A stretch of 64,000 bases of DNA from an uncultured virus (IMG/VR IMGVR_UViG_3300025789_000021) (IMGVR_UViG_3300025789_000021); one strand, 5' to 3'; shown: positions 38,051-48,552, counted from the stretch's first letter. The notes: generated by a model not told the origin, from the letters alone. Translations and numbers: made by a program.

Positions 38051-41000
38051 ACGTAACTCGCCTGAACGTATGTATTCGCGGCGGTGCCATCTACACAAGA
38101 GTAAGTAAGAATTACTGCTTGATTGGCACCATACAATGCGCCGGGACCATGACCAGTAATAGTCGTGGTGCCAGTGGTGCTATTATTAGCATCAGATACG
38201 CCCATCGCAATGTTTCTACCATTGCCGCCCATTCTAACGATTAGCTTAACTATTGATCCTGCGGTAAAGTTAGCAAGTGTAACTGTAGTATCACCAGTAG
38301 GAACATACCATAATACTATACTATCAGAATTAAAATTAATAGTTTGTGTAGTTCCACCAGTTACTGATCTTACACCACCATCATTGAATGCAATTCTCGG
38401 AGTAGTTATTACTCCATTCGCAGAGATATTTAGATTGCTGGTTGTTGTATTTCCGGTTACTGTCGCATTTCCAGTAACTGCAAGTGTGCCAACGTTAGCA
38501 ATACCCACTGTAGTTAAATTACCCCCAGTGATGTTACTGGTTGCAACTATTAAACCAGAAGTTCCAAGATTTCCGACATTTGCATTTCCAGTAACCGCAA
38601 GTGAAGTTAAGTTACCTACCGATGTGATATTTGGCTGCGCATTGGTTGTAACTGTTCCTGCTGTCGTTGCAGAGGTGGCACTTGATGCTGTTCCCGCGCT
38701 TGAGGCATATGTTGCGTTAGCCACAATACCAATAACATTTGCTCCTGTTACTGAGTTTGCGACACTGGCGTAAGTGGAATTGAATGCATTCAGTGCATTT
38801 GGAACATTCCCAGTAACATTTGCACCAGCAACCGTATTTGCGGTTGCTGCGAGAGTTGCAAATCCAGCATTTGTTGCGTAGGTTGCATTTGCTACCGTTC
38901 CTGTGACGTTGGCACCAGCAACCGTATTTGCGGTTGCTGCGAGAGTTGCAAATCCAGCACTTGTTGCGTAGGTTGCATTTGCTACCGTTCCTGTGACGTT
39001 GGCACCATTAATTGCACTTAATCCTGCGCCAGCGCCAGATAGATTTCCGGCAGAAAGATTGCCCGTTACCGCGAGAGTGGTAAGATTACCAACAGATGTG
39101 ATATTTGGTTGTGCACCTGTAGTTACGGTTCCTGCAGTTGTTGCAGCACCAGTAAGATTACCAGTGAATGTCGTTGCAGTTACGGCTACCAGCCCAGCCA
39201 AAGCATTTGCAGTTGATCCCAAACTGATCGTAGTATTACCAATGATAATATTACTATTTGCAAGTTTAGCATTAGTCAGACTGCCAGAATTTAGTGCAAC
39301 AGTAACATCGTTACTCGCAAGGGTAACTGCCCCAGTGCGTGTATTGAATGATTGAACGGGAGCGGCAGCGGCTGCCCCAGTTGAATTTACATAGCCATTA
39401 GGGTTAGTTGCACCGTTATATGGAGTATATCCTAATGCTGTAGTAACATCGCCACTTGAAAGAGTCACCGCTCCTGTTCGTGTATTAAACGACGCCACCA
39501 CTGAGCCAGACCCCGGAATACGGTCCCACGTTGAACCGTTGTAAATTACATAGTCGCCTGCATAAAAAGTAACTGGACCATCACCAATATTCTGTATCCC
39601 ACCATTACTTACACTATATTCCCAACCAGCAAGAACTCCGGTTGGTAAATTTGGACCTAATGTCGGTGTATTGAGATACGCATCCCATGCACCAATATAT
39701 ACCACGGCTCCAGCAGGTAACTGAGAAGTCGGAACTTTTCCTGAACTATTTAGTGAAGCAACGCCGTTTCCAACACCGATATAACTTAGTGGAATGGCGG
39801 CAGTATTTTGACTTGTTCCGTCATTAAATGTTACACCATTGCTACTGAATACCAATTGTTTAGATATAACGTTTGAACCAATTGGTATTGTCCAAACTTC
39901 AATGCGAGCACCTTGATTCGTTGCTGTTTGATTTTCACTGGCAACGATGTCAAAACGCGCAATGCCTGCGGCAGGAAAAACATTTGCAGAATTATAGGCA
40001 CTGCCAGCAAAACGGGCCACAAGTTCATTGCTGTTTACTGGAGTTGGTGATGAACTCGTTCCGTCATATCTGCGACCAACAAACAACGAATAATTATTTG
40101 CAGCATCATTATGTATCTTACTTGCTGTTCCGGGCTGTCCAGTGATGTGTAGCATTGATCCCGATGATGCTGGTGGGACATAATTTCCATCGGATGACCC
40201 AATAATACTTACTGCTCCAGTATTTGAATCAAACGTGGGAGTTAGAATCTGGACTTCACCAATGCTATTGACTTGAAACGAAGGTTTAGGATTAGTTGTA
40301 GTATAAATATTAAATTCATTGGTATTAAAAATAATACCAGCATTAGTTCCGGCTGTTGCGATAGTAAGTGAATTGTTTGCTACAATATCATATATTTGAT
40401 CACTACTTAGTAAAATATTACCAATTCTTAGTGACCCATTTACTGTCGCATTTCCAGAAATTCCTACCGTTCCTATAAGGTTACTTGTTCCGTTTGCTGT
40501 AAAGTTACCGATAGACTGAACAGTTCCAGCCATAATAACATTACCGACAAGGTTACTTGTTCCGTTTGCTGTAAAGTTACCGATAGACTGAACAGTTCCA
40601 GACATAATAACATTACCGACAAGGTTACTTGTTCCGTTTGCTGTAAGGGTCCCGGTTACCTGAATATTATTTTGCAATAAAACGTTTCCGCTTAAGTTAG
40701 TGGTTCCGTTTGCAATAAAGTTACCGATAGACTGAACAGTTCCAGACATAATAACATTACCGACAAGGTTACTTGTTCCGTTTGCTGTAAGATTTCCTAA
40801 TATACCAACCGCGCCGGACATCAGTACGATATTTGATAAACTTACTAATCCATTTGCATTAAGATTACCAAGCACCGTAGCATTACCTGACATAGTTACA
40901 TTACCTATGAGTATGCTTGTGCCATTCGCAGTTAATCCGCCAGCAATCTGTAAATTGCCTCCTATATTGGCGGGTCCAGCAAAATTACTGCCGGTGTTAG

Positions 41001-41565
41001 TTAGAACCAATACGTTTGAAATGCCGGTAGTACTAAATTGCACACTGCCATTTGGAGTAATAAACATACCGCTATTGCCGTTAGTGATCGCTCCTGTTGA
41101 AATGCCAGCAACATTACCAATATAAAGAATATTATTGAGTACATTCAATTCAGCACTATTGTTTACGTTTGCAATATCCTGAATAAAGATCGCGTTTGGT
41201 CCCAAATACATATTGCCCCATTTATTGGTAGGAGTACCTAAAGAAAAAGTACTCGGCGTTGATGGAACAAAATTGCCATTGGTAACTGTTGGGGGCGTAT
41301 ATAAGACATTATTAGTAAAGTCGTATGTTAACTGATAGCTTCCTGCAAAACTACCTGTACTATTATATTGAATTTGGGTATTGCTTCCGCCGATTGAGGC
41401 GTTACCGGCGATGCCTACGGGCTGTCCACCCGGAGTGCTACCATCACTGTGATAGAATGCATTAGTATCTGGATTCCACCAAATACGATCCTGCTCCCCC
41501 ACATAATTTGCTGAGTTAGCGTTATTGTCTCTGCTTGTGAATAATTTCTGAATAAAACCGCTCAA
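38047..41565 (-). CDS. Tail fibre / baseplate-associated long structural protein
   Basis: 1172 aa G/N/T/A-rich; VASFNTRTGAV duplicated motif, AQPNITSVG motifs, internal tandem repeats; GGAG RBS. Confidence 0.8.
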   Translation of the reverse strand: MSGFIQKLFTSRDNNANSANYVGEQDRIWWNPDTNAFYHSDGSTPGGQPVGIAGNASIGGSNTQIQYNSTGSFAGSYQLTYDFTNNVLYTPPTVTNGNFVPSTPSTFSLGTPTNKWGNMYLGPNAIFIQDIANVNNSAELNVLNNILYIGNVAGISTGAITNGNSGMFITPNGSVQFSTTGISNVLVLTNTGSNFAGPANIGGNLQIAGGLTANGTSILIGNVTMSGNATVLGNLNANGLVSLSNIVLMSGAVGILGNLTANGTSNLVGNVIMSGTVQSIGNFIANGTTNLSGNVLLQNNIQVTGTLTANGTSNLVGNVIMSGTVQSIGNFTANGTSNLVGNVIMAGTVQSIGNFTANGTSNLIGTVGISGNATVNGSLRIGNILLSSDQIYDIVANNSLTIATAGTNAGIIFNTNEFNIYTTTNPKPSFQVNSIGEVQILTPTFDSNTGAVSIIGSSDGNYVPPASSGSMLHITGQPGTASKIHNDAANNYSLFVGRRYDGTSSSPTPVNSNELVARFAGSAYNSANVFPAAGIARFDIVASENQTATNQGARIEVWTIPIGSNVISKQLVFSSNGVTFNDGTSQNTAAIPLSYIGVGNGVASLNSSGKVPTSQLPAGAVVYIGAWDAYLNTPTLGPNLPTGVLAGWEYSVSNGGIQNIGDGPVTFYAGDYVIYNGSTWDRIPGSGSVVASFNTRTGAVTLSSGDVTTALGYTPYNGATNPNGYVNSTGAAAAAPVQSFNTRTGAVTLASNDVTVALNSGSLTNAKLANSNIIIGNTTISLGSTANALAGLVAVTATTFTGNLTGAATTAGTVTTGAQPNITSVGNLTTLAVTGNLSAGNLSGAGAGLSAINGANVTGTVANATYATSAGFATLAATANTVAGANVTGTVANATYATNAGFATLAATANTVAGANVTGNVPNALNAFNSTYASVANSVTGANVIGIVANATYASSAGTASSATSATTAGTVTTNAQPNITSVGNLTSLAVTGNANVGNLGTSGLIVATSNITGGNLTTVGIANVGTLAVTGNATVTGNTTTSNLNISANGVITTPRIAFNDGGVRSVTGGTTQTINFNSDSIVLWYVPTGDTTVTLANFTAGSIVKLIVRMGGNGRNIAMGVSDANNSTTGTTTITGHGPGALYGANQAVILTYSCVDGTAANTYVQASYV
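38822..39006. repeat. 90-bp tandem duplication (30 aa) in fibre gene
   Basis: gcaccagcaaccgtatttgcggttgctgc at 38822 and 38912. Confidence 0.85.
40479..40790. repeat. 72-bp-period tandem repeats (24 aa) in fibre gene
   Basis: ggttacttgttccgtttgctgtaa at 40479, 40551, 40623 and 40767; unit GNFTANGTSNLVGNVIMSGTVQSI. Confidence 0.9.
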
Positions 41566-41575
41566 GGTAATCTCC

Positions 41576-41950
41576 TTAAACGTCTAATGGCTCATCGTCA
41601 CCCAATGCGTCTAACACGACTGGATTGATGCCTGCATTGCGTCTGATGGCTGCGAGTTCATTATAACAATGTTGTTCTTCATCTTCTGGCTCATCACCAT
41701 CATCATAAATGCTATCAACACCAGTTGCTTTTTTTAACAATTCCAGTTTTAACTGCAGCGGTGGGACAAAAACATCATCCGGCTGCTGAGACAAGCCACT
41801 GTCTCCTTCACATCCACAACTTTCCGATTCACCACTCTCAGGTTTATAATCCACATTAGACGCTTCTGGATCGGACATATCAGGTGCGACACCATCATAT
41901 TTGGCGTCAAGCATATCTGCAAATTTTCTCAATAGTTCACTTGGACTCAT
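41576..41950 (-). CDS. Acidic hypothetical late protein
   Basis: 124 aa, VFVPPLQLKLELLKK; late TAAATA upstream. Confidence 0.6.
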   Translation of the reverse strand: MSPSELLRKFADMLDAKYDGVAPDMSDPEASNVDYKPESGESESCGCEGDSGLSQQPDDVFVPPLQLKLELLKKATGVDSIYDDGDEPEDEEQHCYNELAAIRRNAGINPVVLDALGDDEPLDV

Positions 41951-41985
41951 ATCTAACTCCGTATGTTGTATTTATGCTTCACATA

Positions 41986-42011
41986 ACAAATCACCCGCAA
42001 GTGCGGGTGAC
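41986..42011 (-). terminator. Probable terminator hairpin
   Basis: tcacccgca...tgcgggtga followed by TTTGTT on the minus strand. Confidence 0.65.
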
Positions 42012-42040
42012 TGTTTAGATTAAAAATATTTGTAATAAAC

Positions 42041-42748
42041 TCACTTTACATCAAGTGGTCTTGCTTTTTTAGCAACAATACAGTAATATTTTTCTGATAC
42101 TGATTTTAATTCTTCTTTGCCATCTTCTGTTGTGACTGGAACACTAATATCAAAATCAAGATTGTTGAATTTTTCAATATCAAATCCAGTGCGAAGTAAA
42201 AGTGCTGCCCACTGATTAGCACCAAGAATGCTATAGTGATTTAAATTATATTCATGTCTACGTTCACAGTCCGGAGCAGGCAATTCAATATAAATTTTTG
42301 ACCCTTGCTTTAATATGCGATTGTATTCCATAAGAGTAAAAATTGGATAAGGAGAATGTTCAAGTGACTGACGGGCAAAGATAAAATCTACCGACTCATC
42401 ATAATAGCCGTCTTTCTGTGGAATGAAGGACATGTCGTATTGTTTAATGGTATGACCATTGTCTTCACATGCTTTGATGTCTTCTGGTGAAATGCAGATA
42501 CCTGTCAGGTCCGTATATCCTCGGTCACGCATCGTATCAAGGAAATACCCAACGCCACATCCCATATCAAGAATCTTAGCATCCTTTGGAAGTTCCATAG
42601 GATCAATATAGGTTTCCACTACCTGTTCGGTAAGTTGTTTGTGAAACTGGCTTGGACCTTCATCATATACATGTTGGTTCATAATATGTTCGTAATAGAA
42701 CATGAGTTTAACGGCGTCAAAGATTTGTTTTGTGTCAATGTTGTTCAT
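42041..42748 (-). CDS. Class I SAM-dependent methyltransferase
   Basis: ILDMGCGVG, DESVDFIF...SLEH, RILKQG. Confidence 0.8.
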   Translation of the reverse strand: MNNIDTKQIFDAVKLMFYYEHIMNQHVYDEGPSQFHKQLTEQVVETYIDPMELPKDAKILDMGCGVGYFLDTMRDRGYTDLTGICISPEDIKACEDNGHTIKQYDMSFIPQKDGYYDESVDFIFARQSLEHSPYPIFTLMEYNRILKQGSKIYIELPAPDCERRHEYNLNHYSILGANQWAALLLRTGFDIEKFNNLDFDISVPVTTEDGKEELKSVSEKYYCIVAKKARPLDVK

Positions 42749-42778
42749 GCAATTACTTATGCAAGTTTCAAGCAATGA

Positions 42779-43147
42779 TTATTTTTTTCTATAATCTTTA
42801 GTTTTTCTTGTTGGACTTATTTTATTGGTGTCTTCTCGTTCAGTGCTCTTAGATTGTGCCCATTTACGTCCTGAATTGTCACCTATTTGTTTAGCTGCAA
42901 AGTCAAGCATTTTCTGTTCAGCATCTGTATAAGCATGAAACATCGGATTTCCACCGATAAAATTTGATGGAGGTGTGGGAAAATCAGGAGCGCCTGCCAA
43001 CGCAATACCCATTCTCCAATGATTATATAATTGACCATTATTCATATTCTGATTGTCAAATGTGGTCACGGCTCCCATGCTATTACCAAAAGACTTTTCA
43101 TCTAAAGTAAGTTCAGTGGATTCAGTTATGAACTCATGTGCTCTCAT
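42779..43147 (-). CDS. Small late protein, paralog of 43147-43518
   Basis: MRAHEFITE...WR.G..LAGA...YTD.E...S.E..DTNK.SP. Confidence 0.7.
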   Translation of the reverse strand: MRAHEFITESTELTLDEKSFGNSMGAVTTFDNQNMNNGQLYNHWRMGIALAGAPDFPTPPSNFIGGNPMFHAYTDAEQKMLDFAAKQIGDNSGRKWAQSKSTEREDTNKISPTRKTKDYRKK

Positions 43148-43518
43148 TATTTTTTATAACTTTTTACTTGTCTAACTGGACTTACTTTATTAGTATCCGT
43201 AAGTTCACCTGATTTTCTGGTTGTCAAGTGATTTGCATTTGCCTCAGAACCAAACGCCTTTTCGGCTTGATTAATTATTGCTTCTTCTTCATCCGTATAT
43301 CCCACGGTGAGTAATGCCTGTCCGCTGGGACCATATTTGTCTGGAACGTGATCATATGAATTTTTACCATCTGCTCCCGCCAAGAAGTGCGCGCCAAATC
43401 TCCAAGGAGCATAAGGGCTACTGTTATCTAAGTTAGGGTGACTTCGCATATTAGGAGTTGCAGCAACATGCGCTGATGGCATCTTAGAATCTTCTGTGAT
43501 GAATTCCCACGCTCTCAT
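43147..43518 (-). CDS. Small late protein, paralog of 42779-43147
   Basis: MRAWEFITE...WRFG..LAGA...YTDEE...SGE..DTNKVSP. Confidence 0.7.
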   Translation of the reverse strand: MRAWEFITEDSKMPSAHVAATPNMRSHPNLDNSSPYAPWRFGAHFLAGADGKNSYDHVPDKYGPSGQALLTVGYTDEEEAIINQAEKAFGSEANANHLTTRKSGELTDTNKVSPVRQVKSYKK

Positions 43519-43541
43519 AAATTATTCTTTCTTTGTAATAC

Positions 43542-44420
43542 TTATTTATCAGAACGATGTTTCATTCCATTGGAACTAAATGGCGGATTACCTTTTGTGT
43601 TCTGCCACAAAGCACGATTACTTAATATTTCTACCCAGCAGTTTCTTTGTGGCTTGTTAAGATTCCAAAAATCAAATTCAATATGGCTTGAGATTGGACG
43701 ACAATATAATGTTCTTTCACTTGGAATGATCATTTCTTGCGCTGTAGTTCGCATTTTTTTGCGTTCTGTGTTGGTTCTCATAACATTAAGTTGCGGATGA
43801 TCAACATAAACTTGACACATGCCATTTACCATTGCTGTCGGATTATCAGCCTTCATAACAATAATTTCTGCTTGAGCCATTCTGGCTTCGCTGCTAATTC
43901 TACTCAGAGTTTCAGATTCATCATCAGGATTGCGTTGATATCCTGCCCAAGGTAACCATACTCCATGATTGGTTCTTGCTACGGTCTCATTTTGATCAAT
44001 TTTTCTGCAAACATAATGATATTCACCATCTTTTTTGCAAGCCTCTAAAAGAAACAAGTTATCGCGATCATAGATAATGGTATTGCCAGTCAACTCGTTT
44101 TCAATTGATCTTTTGGCTGCATAGACGGCATTATCTTGGAGAAGAGCATCTGAAATTTTTATACCATCAGGGCTGCGTTCTTTTTTGGTTTTGGTAATTT
44201 CTTTTTCGTCATCCTGAATCATCAGACTGGCGCTCAAAATCGCAACACCGCTACTATTGAATCCTTCTTTATATCCAGTAACTTCGTCACAAAATAAAAG
44301 TCTTTCAAGACCGTCCTTTTCATATACCTCAAATCCAATTTGAGGCACGTAATTTCTGTCACGGTTTTTTACACCGACCCACCCTTTTCCATCAAAATAT
44401 TTTGCGATAATAACACACAC
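43542..44420 (-). CDS. N-terminal nucleophile (Ntn) hydrolase-like protein
   Basis: Cys at position 2, KNRDR, EG.N..G, RTNH motifs. Confidence 0.6.
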   Translation of the reverse strand: MCVIIAKYFDGKGWVGVKNRDRNYVPQIGFEVYEKDGLERLLFCDEVTGYKEGFNSSGVAILSASLMIQDDEKEITKTKKERSPDGIKISDALLQDNAVYAAKRSIENELTGNTIIYDRDNLFLLEACKKDGEYHYVCRKIDQNETVARTNHGVWLPWAGYQRNPDDESETLSRISSEARMAQAEIIVMKADNPTAMVNGMCQVYVDHPQLNVMRTNTERKKMRTTAQEMIIPSERTLYCRPISSHIEFDFWNLNKPQRNCWVEILSNRALWQNTKGNPPFSSNGMKHRSDK

Positions 44421-44422
44421 GA

Positions 44423-44974
44423 TTATTGACTTACCGATTGTGTTGTAGTAATGTTTATGCTATTTTCAGTTTCTATTACGGAATTTGCATATCCATCAAG
44501 TTCAATATCAAGTCCCGGAGGGTTTATGCCATTCCACATAATCTGTGATGAAATAAAGTGGTCTAAAAGAATCGTATTATTTACCAATGGAGTTACTAAT
44601 ATCTGAACATTTCCTGCGACTATATTCATATCATAGGTGGATACTGCATTACCAAAAAACGTAGTTCCAAAACCAGTAAACGCCACCTGAGTTCCATCAT
44701 TACTGAGTTGTGCGGAAAGCTGGATATTTTGACTATCGCTGGTTGCAGGATTGCTTGAACGGATATAAAATTCACCTTGAGTGAATGCGTTGGCAGGTGT
44801 CTGAAAGATTACTTGCCCCGAGACATTACTGGTTGTTGTTGCATTATTAGTGTTTACAAATGTTGCAAATAGATTGGAAAAATTGTTATTGACTTTTCCG
44901 AAGGCAACACGCAGTGGATCACCTTGCTGGTCATTTGGTGCTGCACCAATATTAATAATCTGTTGAGTAGCCAT
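44423..44974 (-). CDS. Virion structural protein with gp9/gp10-like N-terminus
   Basis: INIGAAPNDQQGDPLRVAFGKVNNNF; late promoter upstream. Confidence 0.65.
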   Translation of the reverse strand: MATQQIINIGAAPNDQQGDPLRVAFGKVNNNFSNLFATFVNTNNATTTSNVSGQVIFQTPANAFTQGEFYIRSSNPATSDSQNIQLSAQLSNDGTQVAFTGFGTTFFGNAVSTYDMNIVAGNVQILVTPLVNNTILLDHFISSQIMWNGINPPGLDIELDGYANSVIETENSINITTTQSVSQ

Positions 44975-45014
44975 ATAACTCTTTCATGTTATGGACTATT
45001 TATCAGAGACTTAA

Positions 45015-45287
45015 TTATTTGGTGGCGTTTTCAAATATCTTTTTTTGTGAAGTATACCATTCATTCCATGAGTCAACCTGTGCGGCGCATTCATGATACT
45101 TAACATAATTGTTGGCAACTGCTGTCATCATGTCACTAAGTTTTGGATCATCTTTTTTAAGAGTGCCCAGTTGTGGGCATGGCTGTCTTAAGACAGGAGG
45201 GACATCAGGAAATTTAGCCGTTACAGGAACTGTAGTTACACAGGCACCAAGTAAACAAAATAATGGAAGTGTCATTACTTTTTTCAT
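45015..45287 (-). CDS. o-spanin (Rz1-like lipoprotein)
   Basis: Lipobox LLGAC, Pro-rich stretch, ...NY.KYHEC; coupled to i-spanin. Confidence 0.75.
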   Translation of the reverse strand: MKKVMTLPLFCLLGACVTTVPVTAKFPDVPPVLRQPCPQLGTLKKDDPKLSDMMTAVANNYVKYHECAAQVDSWNEWYTSQKKIFENATK

Positions 45288-45727
45288 TTAGTATCTCCCG
45301 TTATCATAGCTGCTCTATTATGAAGCTCAACAACTTCCGGTGGAATTTTACATTCGTTATCCATTTTAACAGCATCTGCTTTAATTTCATGAATTATGAC
45401 ATCACCTTTTTCATGGATGATTTTGGTCTTAGTTAAAATTTTGGTTTCTATTTGAGTATTTGCCTGCTTGGATTCTACTTTAGCTTGTGCCAATTTTGCT
45501 TCTAAATGCTTTGACTCTGCTGCGATCTTCTCTTTGTATGTCTCTTCACCTTGGTAATAAATTGCAAATCCAAGCGCAACAGAGCCAAGAATACTTACTG
45601 GGAATTTAAACAATCGGGTGTTACGAGTAAATCCCATAACAAAGGACGCAATATGCAATAAAATTCCTATTGTTAAGAGTAGGTGGATAATCCACTTAAT
45701 AATAAGTCCGAATAAAAATGAAAACAT
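45284..45727 (-). CDS. i-spanin (Rz-like)
   Basis: N-terminal TM helices, coiled coil, C-terminal C.IP...V.LHN.A. Confidence 0.7.
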   Translation of the reverse strand: MFSFLFGLIIKWIIHLLLTIGILLHIASFVMGFTRNTRLFKFPVSILGSVALGFAIYYQGEETYKEKIAAESKHLEAKLAQAKVESKQANTQIETKILTKTKIIHEKGDVIIHEIKADAVKMDNECKIPPEVVELHNRAAMITGDTK

Positions 45728-45759
45728 AGTAACATTATTTATACTATGTTTTCATTTTT

Positions 45760-46047
45760 TCACATGGAGTATTTCAAATAATGTTCGGCAACAAGAATCA
45801 TTGCCTTGGCTTGTTCTTTATTTTTTGGAAGAGGAATGTGTGTTCCGTCTTCATAACGACTTGCCGTTTCAAGCAGGGGTGCAATATCGTTATCAAAAAT
45901 TTGGGACATGTCGCGCCACAGCGCATTAGCTTCTGCTTCTGTCATACCAGATGAAAGAAAATATAGTCGTTCATCCTCAGAAATTCTGAGACCAAAATCA
46001 TGACGATAGGTAAGACACATGTTATTGATGATTCGTTCTCTGTTCAT
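45760..46047 (-). CDS. Hypothetical protein
   Basis: 95 aa, MCLTYRHDFGL motif. Confidence 0.55.
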   Translation of the reverse strand: MNRERIINNMCLTYRHDFGLRISEDERLYFLSSGMTEAEANALWRDMSQIFDNDIAPLLETASRYEDGTHIPLPKNKEQAKAMILVAEHYLKYSM

Positions 46048-46271
46048 GCTTTTGCTCTCATATATCTACAAAGATAGTATCCATCTACTCCTGCAGGGAC
46101 AGTTTCTAGTAAAATATTAGATGACTTAGTTTCAGTATGATGTTCTTTCCGAATCCACGTTTCAATTTTCGGTCTATTCTCCGGTGGCATCCGACTTGTA
46201 ATGTATCGAATACCTTTTTCTTTATGTGTTTCCCAAAGAGTAATGAAATCTTCATTCAAAAATGTGTTCAT
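46044..46271 (-). CDS. Hypothetical protein
   Basis: ATGA overlap with thyA stop (MNTFL...). Confidence 0.5.
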   Translation of the reverse strand: MNTFLNEDFITLWETHKEKGIRYITSRMPPENRPKIETWIRKEHHTETKSSNILLETVPAGVDGYYLCRYMRAKA

Positions 46272-47098
46272 ACCGCCATCTCCGCTTTGATAGTCCCATG
46301 ACATTTGTAATTGTCCAAGTCAATCGTTTCTAGTGTGAAGTCATTGATGTTTTTGATATTTGGGTTCAACCACAACGTAGGCAGAGGATATGACTCACGC
46401 GTCAACTGTTCCTTTACTTGATCAATGTGATTGCTGTAGATGTGTGTATCTCCAGTAGAGATAATCAATTCTCCTACATCCAAATCACAAACATGAGCGA
46501 TCATATGCGTGAGTAATGCATAGCTTGCAATGTTGAATGGCAATCCCAAAAATACATCAACTGATCTTTGGTACATGTGGCAACTAAGTTTCCCATTACT
46601 TACATAAAACTGTGCCAGAACATGACAGGGTGGGAGAGCCATTTGATCAAGTTCGTCCACATTCCAAGCATTAATGATATGTCTACGTCCATTTGGGTCA
46701 TTCTTGATTCCACTAATCAGTTTTGCAACTTGATCTGTTCCTCTCCAGTTTCTCCACTGAACCCCATATATTCTTCCCAAATCTCCGGGGAATTCTGATT
46801 TAGGTTTCCAATAAGCTGCTTCAGCATTTCCTGTCCAGATCGTATTACGTTCTGAATCTCTTGTTCCGTATAGAATTTCACATAACCGTCGCTCATCGTT
46901 ACTTCCTTCTAAAAACCATATTAATTCACTTTTAACTGCTTTCCATGCTAATTTCTTAGTGGTTACAGCAGGGAATTCTTTTGATAAATCAAATCGTAAT
47001 TGACGACCGAATACACTAATAGTGCCTACTCCGGTACGATCATTTTTATGTTCACCATTGTCAAGAATGTCTTGCAAAAGGTCTAGGTATTGTTTCAT
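46268..47098 (-). CDS. thyA: Thymidylate synthase
   Basis: DRTGVGT, LPPCH, YQRSVD..LGLPFN..SY, DTHIY.NH. Confidence 0.97.
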   Translation of the reverse strand: MKQYLDLLQDILDNGEHKNDRTGVGTISVFGRQLRFDLSKEFPAVTTKKLAWKAVKSELIWFLEGSNDERRLCEILYGTRDSERNTIWTGNAEAAYWKPKSEFPGDLGRIYGVQWRNWRGTDQVAKLISGIKNDPNGRRHIINAWNVDELDQMALPPCHVLAQFYVSNGKLSCHMYQRSVDVFLGLPFNIASYALLTHMIAHVCDLDVGELIISTGDTHIYSNHIDQVKEQLTRESYPLPTLWLNPNIKNINDFTLETIDLDNYKCHGTIKAEMAV

Positions 47099-47550
47099 TT
47101 TCTATTCCATATTTGATATTCATGATCAGGAAATACTTCATTGTATCTCCTTACAAAATTATTCTCCAAGTATACCAAATCTATAAAGGTATCGCAAGTA
47201 TATTCGGTAAATGTTTTTGTAAGATGAACTTCATGGATGTTATTCCAACAACTTTCAATAAGTTTCGCGCCACCGATAATCCAATAGAAATCGTAAACAT
47301 TGAATTTTACATCAGTCATATGGATTACATTATTATATTCTATTTCCAGTGGCTTGGACGATACTACAATGTTTATGCGATTCGGAAGTGGTTTTATGGG
47401 AAGACTATCCCACGTATTTCTTCCCATAACAACCGGCTGTCCATCAGTAAGTCGTTTAAACCTTGGCAAATCGCCTTGGATTTTACTCCAAGGCAATCTG
47501 TTTTCGTAACCAATGCCGCCATTGGGATCGGATGCTAATATTAACTTCAT
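47095..47550 (-). CDS. folA: Dihydrofolate reductase
   Basis: GIG..N.LPW, D..RFK..T, VVMGRNTW, PLPNR, IIGG. Confidence 0.95.
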   Translation of the reverse strand: MKLILASDPNGGIGYENRLPWSKIQGDLPRFKRLTDGQPVVMGRNTWDSLPIKPLPNRINIVVSSKPLEIEYNNVIHMTDVKFNVYDFYWIIGGAKLIESCWNNIHEVHLTKTFTEYTCDTFIDLVYLENNFVRRYNEVFPDHEYQIWNRK

Positions 47551-47843
47551 AATCTACTTAATAACTTATCAGTTTCTGGTTGAACAACTTCTGCAATGCT
47601 TTCTACATTGAGAATGAACTCAATGCCTATGACCAAATCATCAAGTCCATCAAGTTTACGACTAATAAACTCTTCTATTTGATCTGGCTCAAGTCCTTGA
47701 TTTAGTAACTTTGCAATATTGATAGTATTTTGTCGCCGCCCCTCAAGTCTCAAAATTAACTTTTTAATGAACTCTACTGGAATCTTTTGTTTATCTACAT
47801 CTTCCAGTAATCGTTCCCACTTCTGAATGAACTCAGGTGACAT
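47547..47843 (-). CDS. Hypothetical protein
   Basis: 98 aa, operon-coupled. Confidence 0.6.
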   Translation of the reverse strand: MSPEFIQKWERLLEDVDKQKIPVEFIKKLILRLEGRRQNTINIAKLLNQGLEPDQIEEFISRKLDGLDDLVIGIEFILNVESIAEVVQPETDKLLSRL

Positions 47844-47856
47844 AATCTATGACGCC

Positions 47857-48552
47857 TTATGCAACTACAGGAGTTTTCTTGGGACGACCGCGAGTCTTCT
47901 TTTCAAGTGCATTGACCGATAGCATTGAAACTGGCTTAGATGGTGCCAATGCATCTGCTTCAGCAAGCAGCCGCTGTGCTTCTGCAAGAAGTCCATTTGC
48001 TTCATTACTCATACGCTGTGCCTGTGAACGAAGATTATTTGCAATCATATTATCGCCCAATGCATCGTCAGATGACGCGGTAACCGGTGGACGATTTGTG
48101 ACTGCATCTACGTCTCCGCGCATTCTGCGAGCAACTTCTGCGGGGTCTTGAATTCCACGCTGCCCATCAAGTTCGGCCATTCTCTTAACGGCATCTTCCC
48201 CAGCCTTCATCTCATCAAGAATTTTGTTGAGTTCACTCAACTTGATTTTTACGTTTGGTGCTGGGGTCATTACGATCAATTCAGTCTGTACCTTCTTTAA
48301 CATACCTTCGGTATGGAGGCGCTGTAGAATGGCATGACCATCTCTTGTATACGAACGATTTAGTGCATCGGCTAAGTTTTCACTGTTCTGACCGATATCG
48401 CTTTCAATACACTTGATAAGTGGATCGTGGATATTCTGTCCCATAATTTCAGTATAAACTACCAGTGCCATGTGAGGTTCGCCTGGCACTTCACGGAATA
48501 CGACTGCTACTTTTCTGTCTCCATGACGACCAACGTGTCTCAAAAAACTCAT
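47857..48552 (-). CDS. Hypothetical late protein (coiled coil, RGRP tail)
   Basis: 231 aa, AGGAG RBS, TAAATA at ~48580. Confidence 0.7.
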   Translation of the reverse strand: MSFLRHVGRHGDRKVAVVFREVPGEPHMALVVYTEIMGQNIHDPLIKCIESDIGQNSENLADALNRSYTRDGHAILQRLHTEGMLKKVQTELIVMTPAPNVKIKLSELNKILDEMKAGEDAVKRMAELDGQRGIQDPAEVARRMRGDVDAVTNRPPVTASSDDALGDNMIANNLRSQAQRMSNEANGLLAEAQRLLAEADALAPSKPVSMLSVNALEKKTRGRPKKTPVVA

